From: Nemertoderma westbladi
Lineage: Eukaryota > Animalia > Xenacoelomorpha
NCBI GenBank assembly: GCA_032718475.1
Contig: JAUCBJ010006765.1
Location: 1 to 52,026 of the forward strand
Reading direction: 5' to 3'
DNA: 52,026 nt
Shown: piece after piece, positions 40,001 through 50,966 of the stretch
How the letters are laid out: each line of letters opens with the position of its first letter
Position numbering within the stretch: the stretch's first letter is position 1
Notes under the pieces: generated by a model
Told to the model about the DNA's origin: nothing
What the model saw: the letters and a program-made list of their open reading frames with translations, nothing else
Database searches by the model: none
Translations under genes and position numbers: made by a program

Positions 40001-42605
40001 TTTACCACCGGTTTTTTCATAAATAAAACCGCCAGTTGAACTGAAAATTAAACCCCCAGTTTTCTTAGAAATAAAACTGCCGGTTTCGCAAAAAACCCCC
40101 GATGAATTTGGTTGCAGATTTACCCGGGGTTTTTTGCGTAAACCGGCAGTTTTTTTAAAAATAACCCGGGTTGTGTTTTTTCAGTGTAGATATTGAGTAA
40201 TGAACTACAAATTATTATGAAACTGAACTACAACACCGGTAAGATATTTAACCTGGCGGATGAATCCCCTGTACAGCGGGTCGTTGCAGAGTAGAGGATG
40301 AGAGGCGACCCGTAGGAGAAACAACTCCAACCCAACCCGTCGGCGCTCGATAAAATCCGGGTCGAAGTTATCCAGAGAAGTTCGCTGGATCACTTGCGAT
40401 ATCTGCAAACATAAAATGTGTTTCAGAACTCTTGCAACTGGTCTTAAAAACCGGTGAAACGGAAATTAGTATTTTGATTATATTTGAGGATAATCTGATT
40501 CAGCCACTTTTCACTTTTCTATTAAATGCTTGAAATAAAACCTGCAATCTGCTGCTCAATAAAACAAACTCACTCACATGCTTCTCGGGCAACGGCGGAA
40601 CTACAATCCACGGGTACATAGCAACCAGGTAGTCCCTTAGCAACACGAAATCGTTGTACCGTCGCCATAACGAAGATGGCTCCTCCCATCCCTCCAATAA
40701 CAAAGTATTGCGCTGCAGAAGATAAACAGATAGTAAGAATATAAAGTCCGGCGGGTTTACAGTTAGTATTCGTTACTCTTCCTCTACTAGGTGGTAGTGT
40801 AGTTGAGAACTGAATCCATTCTTACTAATTTCAGTTTCAGTTTTGATGCTGATAAAATTTCAGTTTCAATTTCAGATTCAAAATATACGATCCCACGTAG
40901 TATAAGCAGTCATTCAAATAATGTCAGTCTCATCGGGGCGGGGTGTCGTGCAGTCACTCACCCAATGGGCCACTCACCCAATGAGTCACTCACCCAATGG
41001 GCCACTCACCCAATAAGTCACTCACCCAATGGGCCACTCACCCAATGAGTCACTCACCCAATGGGCCACTCACCCAATGAGTCACTCACCCAATGGGCCA
41101 CTCACCCAATGGGCCACTCACCCAATGGGCCACTCACCCAATGAGTCACTCACCCAATGGGCCACTCACCCAATAAGTCACTCACCCAATGGGCCACTCA
41201 CCCAATGGGCCACTCACCCAATGAGTCACTCACCCAATGGGCCACTCACCCAATAAGTCACTCACCCAATGGGCCACTCACCCAATGAGTCACTCACCCA
41301 ATGGGCCACTCACCCAATGAGTCACTCACCCAATGGGCCACTCACCCAATGAGTCACTCACCCAATGGGCCACTCACCCAATAAGTCACTCACCCAATGG
41401 GCCACTCACCCAATGAGTCACTCACCCAATGGGCCACTCACCCAATGAGACACTTACCCAATGAGTCACTCACCCAATGAGTCACTCACCCAATGGGCCA
41501 CTCACCCAATGAGACACTTACCCAATGAGTCACTTACCCAATGAGTCACTCACCCAATGAGTCACTCACTCAATGAGTCACTTACCCAATGAGTCACTCA
41601 CCCAATGGGCCACTCACCCAATGAGACACTTACCCAATGAGTCACTCACCCAATGAGTCACTCACCCAATGGGCCACTCACCCAATGAGACACTTACCCA
41701 ATGAGTCACTTACCCAATGAGTCACTCACCCAATGAGTCACTCACTCAATGAGTCACTTACCCAATGAGTCACTCACCCAATGAGTCACTTACCCAATGA
41801 GTCACTCACCCAATGAGTCACTCACCCAATGAGTCACTTACCCAATGAGTCACTCACCAAACAAAAATCCAACGAATCACTTGGTAAATAAAAAAAAGAT
41901 ATCTAAAAGTCCCTAAAACTAAAAATGAGTCATTTTAATATTATTACTGTAATATACACGAAACTGCCTCTTTATAGAGCTATTAGTCCGGTAGATATGC
42001 CGTGTTTTCACTGAACCTCGGATGGGAGTATATAGTAAATACTTTGAGTGATTTTAGCACGACAATTTATTTTGAATCAATAATCCGACTGATGCATAGC
42101 TGGCATCATTGAGTGTCTTGTGGAACTCCCATAACGGTTAAGAAAATTAATTAAATTAATTAAAATTTAAATTGATGAAATGGTATCTTATTAAATTAAT
42201 TGTTAAAAGTAATTTAACAGTACAAAACTTCACCATAGTTAAGATATATCACACTTTGTAATTTGAAACCGGGGCTATTATTCGCATTGGAATAATACTG
42301 AGTAAAACGGTTCTGGAACACTCCCATGTTGGACCGAAAATCGTATTACTTTTGCATATAAATTTATGATCCGGTGTAGAGTTTGGTGACTCTTAGGAAA
42401 ATCCTCAATGATGCCAGTTGGGCATATAAGTGGGATTATAAAGGAAAACAATATTACCTATAAAAATACAAACCTTTAGTTTAGCTTCTACTAGGTAGGC
42501 TGTATACGCATCACTCATCTTTAGAGCGGTACCGTTTCCAGAACGCCGTTCCGCTTCCGACAACCGGATGTCAACTCGACGTAATAGAGAATCTCCGCCG
42601 TCACA
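28015..42605 (-). CDS. SNX4: Sorting nexin 4 (PX + BAR); exons 42605-42474, 40712-40578, 40402-40253, 34939-34763, 34191-34058, 33491-33371, 33228-33011, 28177-28015; first coding exon not certain (candidate 43829-43782)
   Basis: Eight GT-AG exons join in frame (409 aa): YTAYLVEAK, SLWRRYNDFVLLRDYLVAMYPWIVVPPLPEK, DNFDPDFIERRRVGLELFLLRVASHP, NYGRILAEWSAIE..MQSAGHHMD, LKEYALFADALKAVCTKHE, GIQVWTN are colinear with recalled vertebrate SNX4. Confidence 0.93.
28779..28990. mobile_element. 212-bp MITE with 9-bp target-site duplication (Mutator/MULE-like)
   Basis: About 32-bp TIR gggtgtaaacgctacgccgacagccgacaacc; GAATTTCTG duplicated at 28770-28778 and 28991-28999; interior similar to ~51645-51760, TIR-like sequence again near 48557. 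Confidence 0.85.
29108..29500 (-). mobile_element. Degenerate non-LTR retrotransposon fragment (region C-terminal to RT) in the last SNX4 intron
   Basis: IIHLVSFSKILYASPVW...LQISGGLLPPEI resembles the YASPVW motif downstream of LINE RT domains; no RT core visible. Confidence 0.55.
29632..33023 (-). repeat. 31/33/39-bp tandem array (~104 units, 3.4 kb) starting at the SNX4 exon 33228-33011 donor
   Basis: Minus-strand unit TTATAGAGGCCGG|GTTAGTAACGAGTTAGAACG; the first 13 nt are the exon end (IEAG) and GTTAGT is the donor that must be used to reach exon 28177. Confidence 0.97.
33830..34064 (-). repeat. 38-41-bp tandem array (~5 units) adjoining the SNX4 exon 34191-34058 donor
   Basis: Each unit repeats TGGACGC|GT, identical to the exon/donor junction ATGGACGC|GTACGT. 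Confidence 0.9.
34228..34705. repeat. 37-bp tandem array (~13 units) filling most of a SNX4 intron
   Basis: Unit cagctcacaaacaccgtggctgtttgttcctgtagaa, near-identical copies. Confidence 0.95.
35587..36330. repeat. 38-bp subterminal tandem array within the CACTA element (~14 clean units plus degenerate flanks)
   Basis: Unit aatataactgccagtttatcatagaaccacatatttcy. Confidence 0.9.
36965..39795 (+). CDS. CACTA/EnSpm-type transposase with N-terminal C2H2-like zinc finger; exons 36965-37637 and 38090-39795; about 792 aa
   Basis: Donor ATCG|gtaagt and acceptor aag|GT join as FKDIGDGEFCKDHPL; motifs YYDEVEFCNALG, ADNPAS..GF..FCRSC, DIHHDILEGV, PKLHYLMH..GPPRGHWAMRFESQH typical of animal CMC transposases; no internal stop. 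Confidence 0.88.
40952..41858 (-). repeat. 16-bp tandem array (~57 units) in a SNX4 intron
   Basis: Plus unit cactcacccaatg(agt/ggc); minus strand reads TTGG-GTGAGTG or TTGG-GTAAGTG in nearly every unit. Confidence 0.95.
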
Positions 42606-42994
42606 CTATAATTATTATAAATATAATAATCATGGTAATGTAGATACCGGTATATGCATCATTAAGTCGGTACCGGTAGTTTGACTCTATAGTACTCCAA
42701 AATGCATTGACTCTATGTTTAATATCATTTTCTACATTATTCAGAATGGCGTTTAGATACCATGTAATGTAAATGGTTTTGTGCTGTTACTCTTGTGCCG
42801 TATTCTGCTGCTCTCGAAAACATTTTTACTTCTTTACTATTATTTTATATTGTATTTGTGGCAGCTCAGAGACTGTGAATTTATTGTATCATACCTGAAA
42901 GCGCCTGATTTATAGTTATCCAAAAATAGGAGTCTAAAAATTGCTGCATGCATATACATTCCTCTCATACATTACATTTTTGTTATTGCAAATA

Positions 42995-43420
42995 CCGTAT
43001 TTACTCGAATAAGAGCCCCCCCCCCCCCCCCCCCCGAATAAACGCCCGGCGTTTAATAATATTACAATGTGGGGCGTTAACATTGTTGAGAGTTAACTGA
43101 TTGTTAAGATTGAAGGTAAATTTAGTAGAGTGTTGAACCGCGGTAATAGGCTGGCTGCATTGTAATAAAGATAATCCTGGTTTTATTTGAACTATTTCAT
43201 TTGTTTAACTTGTTTTCTTGAATTTAACAACATTCTTTATTTAGGGTATTAGATTCAAAATGCTCAAAATCTAGTACATAAACGCCCCCACTCGAACCAC
43301 ACAATTTGGAACATAAACGCCTTCCCCGAAAAAACGCCTCCCTCGAATAAACACCTCCCCAATTGTCAATTTATAGGGCCTAAACTTAAACGCCCAGGCC
43401 CTCTTTTCGAGTAAATACGG
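42995..43420. mobile_element. 426-bp MITE of Tc1/mariner superfamily (Tc2/pogo-like ends)
   Basis: TIR CCGTATTTACTCGAA (15 bp perfect), TA duplicated at 42993-42994 and 43421-43422, subterminal taaacgcc repeats. Confidence 0.85.
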
Positions 43421-44801
43421 TAAAGGCCGCACGCGCACATAGTACGAAAGAGTGCTTGACGTACAGGATTGTCGAGATGAGATCTGGAGTTTCAAATAGG
43501 GATCACAATTCACAATGTTGTATTTGACACGAAATTAAATTTCCAACTTTCAATATTGAAACTTCTATCCATCGAGGTACAAATGGAGCTCCATATCAAT
43601 TTGGTTAGACCTACCTTTATCAGTGCTGCAGTGGGACAGATGGTATAGTATAGTCTACTGTCAATCCACGAGATTTACTTGACAGACATAATTGCACCCT
43701 ATTTTCTTGTATGATGTGATCTAGTACTTTCCTGCTTTATGCTCTGTCAGTCTGTGCTGCTGTGGCTGGTAAAGACAATACCGACCGGTGCTTTTTTCTG
43801 TCATTTTGAGATTGATTCACCATTGACATTGATTGACCGGTGTTATTATTAAACTCTTATCAATATCAATCATAAGCTTGCGACGACGTTGATCTGCTTG
43901 TCACGAACAGACGAACCATTAATTTTAAATAAAATGTTACTTCAGTACTTACTGACTTACCTACCGGTACCTTACACAGTCAGGCGCCAGGCGGAGGACG
44001 CAGCTGAAGCGGACCTACCTGTAATAAATAATCGACTCGATTCGCCTTTGCCATTGTACAGTTGTACGTGTAGGCCTAATGCTGTAATGTAGCACGTGGC
44101 AACGACTCTCTTCTGTCTGTCTGTGATCTCTACCAGTCTACTGCCAGACTGCTGTACAACACAAACACGTCTGCTCTGCACGTCGTCACGCAGTCACTTC
44201 TGATCTGACCTCTTCGTGCGTACCAGCGCAGCGTACCGTTAGTTCTGCAGTTCCACCGGTCTGTTAACGTGTTTCCCGCTAATAGGCTTATTAGGGCTAC
44301 TGTCTGACTGTATTACCGCTGTACCAGATTACAGGATTACGATGTACGACAGTACGAGGATAGACCAAGCAGCCTAGTCAGCTAGTCCCTACTGCCATAC
44401 TGCCATAGCTGCCTAGTCAGCTAGTACTGTAGTCTGGTAGGCCTACTGGCCTAGTACTGTAGTGCTAGAGTTTCTGAGTTTAGCTGTTTAGAGTACATGA
44501 GTAGGCCTATAGCTGTATCGGCCTAATCATGCAATAGCTGTGCCGTGCCTGTCTGCCTGTGCCTGCCTGCCTGGTGCCACTGCCGTGCAGGGGCTGGCGT
44601 GCAGCTTTCATAACATAATGTTTAATAGTTGAGGGTAAAGAAAGCTAAATGTTTATGGCACCCGTACAAATCAATAGAGAAACCAATTACTGGAAAGCTC
44701 AAACTGAAAGTACATAATATGTACAGTATTACCGGTATGTATGTATGTACATTATACGTGCAGCAAACATTTTAGTAAGATGATGAAACTGATAAAATTT
44801 T

Positions 44802-46123
44802 GGGTAAATCTTTTGCGTAGAGGTATAGCCTACATAGAGGCTACATGTAGGTAGGTGTAGCCTACATGTAGATGCACGTGTAGGGTGAATGTAGGTAGGT
44901 GTAGTCCCATAGATATTAATGTAATTTAACATGATAACATGCAGTAACGGGATGCACGGTCGTCAATCCACAATCAGGGATGTAACGGTACTCTCCACGG
45001 TACATCAACGTGCAGACCTGTCTGCTGGCAGACAACAGACGGTTTTACTGTACAGTATAAGCAGCAAACGTTGTTCTGATTTATATGTTTATTAAGTAAC
45101 ATACAGTAACAGTGGACAGTCAACCATGATTGCGGTGACTAAGGACTACCATAACCCTGCCCCCCCTCAGCCCTCTTTATCAACTGTACAGTCACAGGGA
45201 CTTCTACAGTACTTCAGTAATATCAAGTCTACAGTATAGTATTAAATTCTGTACTTGTACTGTATGTCTTGGTCTGGCTTCAAATCATCCAATAAATATC
45301 CATTTAAATATCATGGAAATTATACGACAGTTTACAGTACAAAACATACAGTAGATTAAAACGGCCACAGTAAGCTTTATAAAATGAAGAATACGTATAA
45401 ATCAACATGCGATGTTATCAATATACAGTATTGTAGACATTGAGAATATAGACACATAGGGGTCTAATTAATTCAATTAACAAATATTGTGAACATATAA
45501 TTTAAAGCAATTTGAAAATGGTAGAGTAAATAATATACTGTATAAAAATATATGATTGGATAATTAATAACTCTGAAATATATATTCAGTATTAATCAGG
45601 CGTATACATTATAATCTAAACATTTAAGCAACTGGTAGAATTGCACTAAATCTAATCGGTGGAATCGACACTCAAATTTGGGGAGTCTGAGTCCACAAAA
45701 GCGGTTGGGATATGATAACTCGCTGACTCCGAACGGCAATATCGTGGTTCTTCGCTGGATGCTTTTTAGTGAGATACAGTCAGACAGTAATTCACCGTAG
45801 TCGCATCAACGGGTACCCCCCGTTCGCCGAATACAGTATCGCTCCTCGTTGTGCAGTAGTGGTTTCGGCTTCTATGTCCGTGTATCGGTGTATCCCCCCC
45901 CCCCCCCCCATTCCCATTCGCCGTATTCGCATCTCCTCGAGGTACGGTACCGGTAGTTCAGGACCGGGAAACCCGCGTTCGCCGTAGGCCTATTCATTAT
46001 TGTTGTTTATAAAGACCTACCTACACCTACCTACATTCACCCTACACGTGCATCTACATGTAGGCTACACATACCTACATGAAGCCTCTATGTAGGCTAT
46101 ACCTCTACGCAAAAGATATACCC
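44802..46123. mobile_element. 1.3-kb element bounded by ~100-bp inverted repeats (foldback / non-autonomous DNA transposon candidate)
   Basis: 44802-44904 is a near-perfect reverse complement of 46021-46123; no clear TSD and no internal transposase. Confidence 0.6.
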
Positions 46124-47356
46124 GAATCATGGCGTATAAAAACAGTATGGTATGTAAAATAGGTCAAAAGTAGGAGATAAATTTAGGAGATAAATTTACA
46201 TAAGATTAGTTTACACTACGCGTAGGGAAAATAATTACACAGTTTAAGGGTTAAAATAAAATATAAATTTAATTTTAATTTGCATGGATAAGCTAACACT
46301 ACACGATGAAAAAATAAGTGCACAGTTAAAGATTTAAGGGTTAAAATAAAATATAAAATAAAATTAAAATATTCGATAAAATCGTTGTATAGAAACGGTT
46401 TGGTACGTATATAACTGATGTATTTAATTAAATAAAATATAGCCTATGAGTTGGATTATTTGAGAAATAAAATCACAAGTACAGTTGCACCATTTGCTTC
46501 TATTTAAAAATACGAACGATGGGTAGAAATTACTGTATAATGGATACGATGAAAAATAGTTTGATAAGTAAAATAAGATATAGTTACATAAAAACAAGTC
46601 GATAAAGTGAAAAATAAGTATATAAGTAAAATAAGATAAAATGCGATAAAAATAAATATTGATGCGCGACTAAAAAAAGAAAACAATTAAATATAACTAA
46701 TGTGAGTTTGTGGAGAAGGGGGGGAGGGGGGGGGGGGGGTGGGGGTCATTGACTGTAAGTCTCGTTATTCGGACCACCAGGAGGGGGTAAACTTGAGCGG
46801 CAAGTTTTTTGTAATGGTTATTGAGTCTCGATTTGAATGCGTTAAGTGAGGGGGGCGGTTACTACAGATTCGGATAAGGCGTTCCAGGGGTCAACGACAC
46901 GGAAATGGAATGTTGCGTTGCGTTGGAGGAGACGTGCTCGAGGTTCCTATAGTTTAAGCGAATGGCCTCGGAGGTTGGTTTCTGCGAGTGTGAGCATATG
47001 TTTCTGAAGTCGACTGAGGTCTGCGCGATCGCGATGCAGTCTGTATTCCAGTGTAGGTAGTCCCAATTCGCGTAGTCTCAGGATAAGTCTTATCTCGCAA
47101 ATCCTTTACTAGTCTAATAATACGAACATAGATCCTGGAATAAAGCCTGATTTTTTCATAATATACTATTCCAATAAAATTTAGACCGAAAAGCTTATCA
47201 TGAGTGTGGTTTTCTATCTTTTTTATGACCATTATTATTTAATGCGACCTATTGTACCTACATGTACAGTTGTTATACTGTATAATTACAGTATTACTGT
47301 ATTATTGATTTTGTAATTGTTTTGTTATACTACAGTAGGCCTACCGGTAACTTTTA

Positions 47357-47740
47357 CACGTTCGTGGGGCCTTCGCGCAGCACGAATCTCGGATACCCCG
47401 AGAACGGTTAATCCGTTAAAGCTGTATAATCATCCGAGTACGTTTTGTTTAATCTACTATGGGTGTAATTCGTTAGCTTGTGACTTTGTTCTATTTAGCA
47501 TACTGTAATGCTCATAGCATCATAGGACATTCTACTAAATCACAGCTGTAATTTATGCTATAGAAATAATGTCTATCTGCGTGTACAATTTCGAAACCTT
47601 TTGACAGACCACATGTTTACCAAATTTGGTTTAATTTCATCAATAATTGACAGACTTATTGTTGACAGACTTATTTCGGTTATTATCAAAAGTCTAGAAT
47701 TACCGGTAGGGCCTACCGACTGACAGACTGTCTGATTTTT
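47357..47740 (-). mobile_element. Dispersed repeat family, copy B (inverted relative to 25733-26474)
   Basis: cacgttcgtggggccttcgcgcagcacga and tttggtttaatttcatcaat...taccgactgacagactgtctgattttt are reverse complements of copy A segments. Confidence 0.6.
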
Positions 47741-48221
47741 TATTCCCTTTTTTAATTCCCTACGCGTTACTTTAAAACTAAGTTAAAATTATTTAGACTA
47801 AATTAATCTGAAAATTTATTTAAATTTCTACAAAGTAACTCTGCATAAAAGTGGCGCCAAACTATAGCGGTTGGGGAATTTCAAAAAAGTAATTTTGACA
47901 GATATATATGTTAATGTTGCCCTATATCTCAATTAATAAAAAAAAAACATTTTTGCGATTTCGCAAATATTGCTGAGCCAAAACTAAACTGTTGAAGCTT
48001 TTAGGAGACCCCGGACGATGATGAGGATCGATGGCAGTATCTCCCAGGAAAGTAAAGAACGCAGGTTTACATCAGCATCCATCAGCGCTTAAATGTAGTG
48101 TTGTAGGAAGTTTCCACCTCTTCTACTCTAGGCATCAGTAGTTGGTGATTTGATTAGCACGAAATCAGAACCACCTTAGGAACCAATTTTCCCAGTCTTC
48201 CAGAATATGAGCACGGATGAG

Positions 48222-48360
48222 GCAGTCTGTCAGTCGGTACCGGTAGTTTCATACTTTTGAATAAAAACTGAAAGAAGTCGGTCAATCATTGATGAAATTA
48301 AACCATATTTTGTATGCAGCCGTCAACAGTTTGGAAAGAATCTGAAGTTTGATCAAAAAG
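48222..48360 (+). mobile_element. Dispersed repeat family, copy C (partial)
   Basis: Matches segments of 25830-26100 directly. Confidence 0.6.
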
Positions 48361-49253
48361 GGAACAGTGGGCCAGTTCATATATAGGATTTGGATTGAGA
48401 TACGGATTTGGATTGAGGTTCAGATTAGGATCGGTGGTTCTGCAGGTATCAATAATAAATAATATATTTAATTCATCTTAATTAAATAATGATTTAATTT
48501 TAGGGGTTGTATTTTCATAAGAATATTAAAATGAATTAGAAAAAATTGAATTAATGGGGGTAAATTTTACGCCGACAGTCGACAACCGATAGCAGACAAA
48601 CAACAGTTAACAACCAAACGCCGACAACAGACAACCAAGAGCCGGCAAGCGAAAGCAGACAACCGAACTAATCTAACCATCTTCTAATCATATATTATAT
48701 TATTGATTTATTTTTGGCGTGGAGTGGTTACGCATTCGTATCGCATCTGCTGCACGAATGATGAGCCACGAATATATTTACATGTGAAATCTCACAGGCG
48801 ATACGAATACTATACGCATTCGTTAAATTATTCGGACTGACGAACCATTGACGAAGGCTTCACGAATCTTAAATAACATTGCACGCACCTTTTACGAATG
48901 CTGCATGTGGCACGGATGCGTTACGCATGGGGATTTTTTACTGGCAAAGATACTCTTTCACAAGATTCTTCTTCTTATGTCTTTAAAAGGTACCTTAAAT
49001 GGTGAATATCGAAATTAAATGTTAGCGAAATTAAGTTAATGTGTTAAAATACAGAAATAGGCTGAAACAACGCCCAAATTGGTAATATGTCTACAGTACT
49101 ACTGTTCTACTGTACTACCGGTATACAGAATACAGGTATAACCTATATATTGTAGCTGTGAATCCGTCACGCCCGCTGCCTACTGCTGTACTGCAGTTGT
49201 TGCAGCGTTGTAGAGTACCAAATTACTAGTGCAACGTAGTACTGACTGACGAA

Positions 49254-50966
49254 ATGGGAGGATTAGAAGGAGCGGTTGAAAGAGGAGCTGGAATCGCCGC
49301 TCAAGGTATTGTAAGGAATGTAGCCGGGGGAGATGGAGGTGGAGGAAACGGCCCACCCGGAGTCTGGGCCAATCTCTACGCGAACATTACGTCTCTTCTG
49401 TCTAACGCGGCGGGATTCGCCCCCCTTCCTTGTTGCAGCCGTTGCCGGTAAGTTTTGATACAGTTATGAGTTTCGTATCGTACTCTCCCCCACTCCCATC
49501 AGCCTGTCAGCCCATCGTCTGCTGACCGTGAACTCATTTAAATATTTTATATTTTTATGGCCAGTTCTGCTGTAGGCCTAGGCCTATAATATATACCGGT
49601 ACGTGCCTATATCTGTATATGGTATGATAGTAAATCCGCAAACATTAGTAGGTAGCAGCTGGTTCAAATCGATCAATACGTCGGACCTCATTTCCGAATA
49701 CCGGAACACCGATGCGCTCTGTTGTAGGCCTATAACTATATAAGATCTGTCTGTTGGTGGTGTTTACCTTACGCTTACATTGTTAATCAATATCCTTTGC
49801 TGTGCCTGTGATAGGCTAGGCTATATGTTACCGCTCTATGGATTTTGAGATGATCGATTTTATTTTTAATCTGTGAATTTTCTAGCGATTGGATTTAGAG
49901 CCGCGAATTATTGTTTAATGTGATTATGTCAACAGCTATTATTAAGTGCAATAAAGTATAATATATATCTATTTATATTATTATTTTTATTATTATTATA
50001 TTATATTATTATTATGTCCGTAAATTCTCAGGCCTTCTTCTTTTCCGGTTCCGTAGAGTTAATGGAAAAATTGTGGCGTTACTTAACTCATAATATTTGG
50101 ACTCTGTAATCTGTGGTTATGTGGAACGTTTTCCAGTAGACTCAGAAAGATTCTTATCTTAATTTAATTCCAGCCTATTCGAGGCAAACAGAAAGATTCG
50201 TCGTCTTCCACAAATGACGTCGCGTCGATGGAGAAGCGATGTACCGAACTCGAAGAACAGCTGGAGTTCGAACGGTTTTCTGTACGAACAGAACTCGGCG
50301 CTCAACGCGAATCAACAGCTCGCGGTGGATGCGGCTCGAGAAGAGTTCGCGAGCCGTCATCAAGGAATCCGTCGATGTCGTTACTAAACTCGCCGATTCC
50401 GTGTACGAGGAAAAGATTGGGTTCCTAAACGGGTTGCATACAGATCTATTGGATAGGTTAGGTTGGTAAACCAGATAAACGGACAGACAAAATGTTAAAT
50501 ATCGACAGACAGATCACCATTAACTATGGACCTAATTATATGCTGTTTATTAAAAGTCTTCATGGCTCGCCCCCCAAAGACAAAATTATTTTTTGTGACA
50601 TTTTTAAAGGTTTATAATATGTATATCTTATCTTTTTAAGATTAATTTTCTTTTTTATGATTATCATAATGTATAAATAATTATTTATTTATAGACAAGA
50701 TATCTATTGCTCACCTTTTAAACGACGTAAACGTCGGCTGGTCACAGAGGGATCGATTGCTCAACAAAGCCGCCAATTCCTCCTATAATGAATCCATGTA
50801 TGTCTACAGCGGGGTCAGTGATATCATTGAGAACGACACCAGCTGCGGGGACTCGAGATTAACCAATGGGAAACTCATGTGGATCTACCTGAAATATTGG
50901 CGGGAACTGGCGGCCAATCAACGCCTAGAATCAATTCAATCACAACTTGCACAATGTATTAAGTGA
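49254..50966 (+). pseudogene. Three exon-like segments (49254-49447, 50174-50461, 50695-50966) of an unidentified coiled-coil-like gene with frameshifts; pseudogene or assembly errors
   Basis: GC-rich blocks bounded by plausible splice sites; protein-like text switches frame twice in the middle block; last join LLDRL-D-KISIAHLL...NGKLMWIYLKYWRELAANQRLE is in phase. Confidence 0.45.

Larger units (their letters stand above)
35338..40186 (+). mobile_element. CACTA/EnSpm (CMC superfamily) DNA transposon, 4849 bp, apparently full length, antisense inside a SNX4 intron
   Basis: Perfect 24-bp TIRs CACTGAAAAAACACAACCCGGGTT (35338-35361, 40163-40186), TA on both flanks, aaaccc/gggttt subterminal repeats at both ends, internal transposase gene. 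Confidence 0.92.

Noticed and set aside
46954-47232. 92-aa minus-strand ORF
   Set aside because: No recognisable domain or supporting splice structure.
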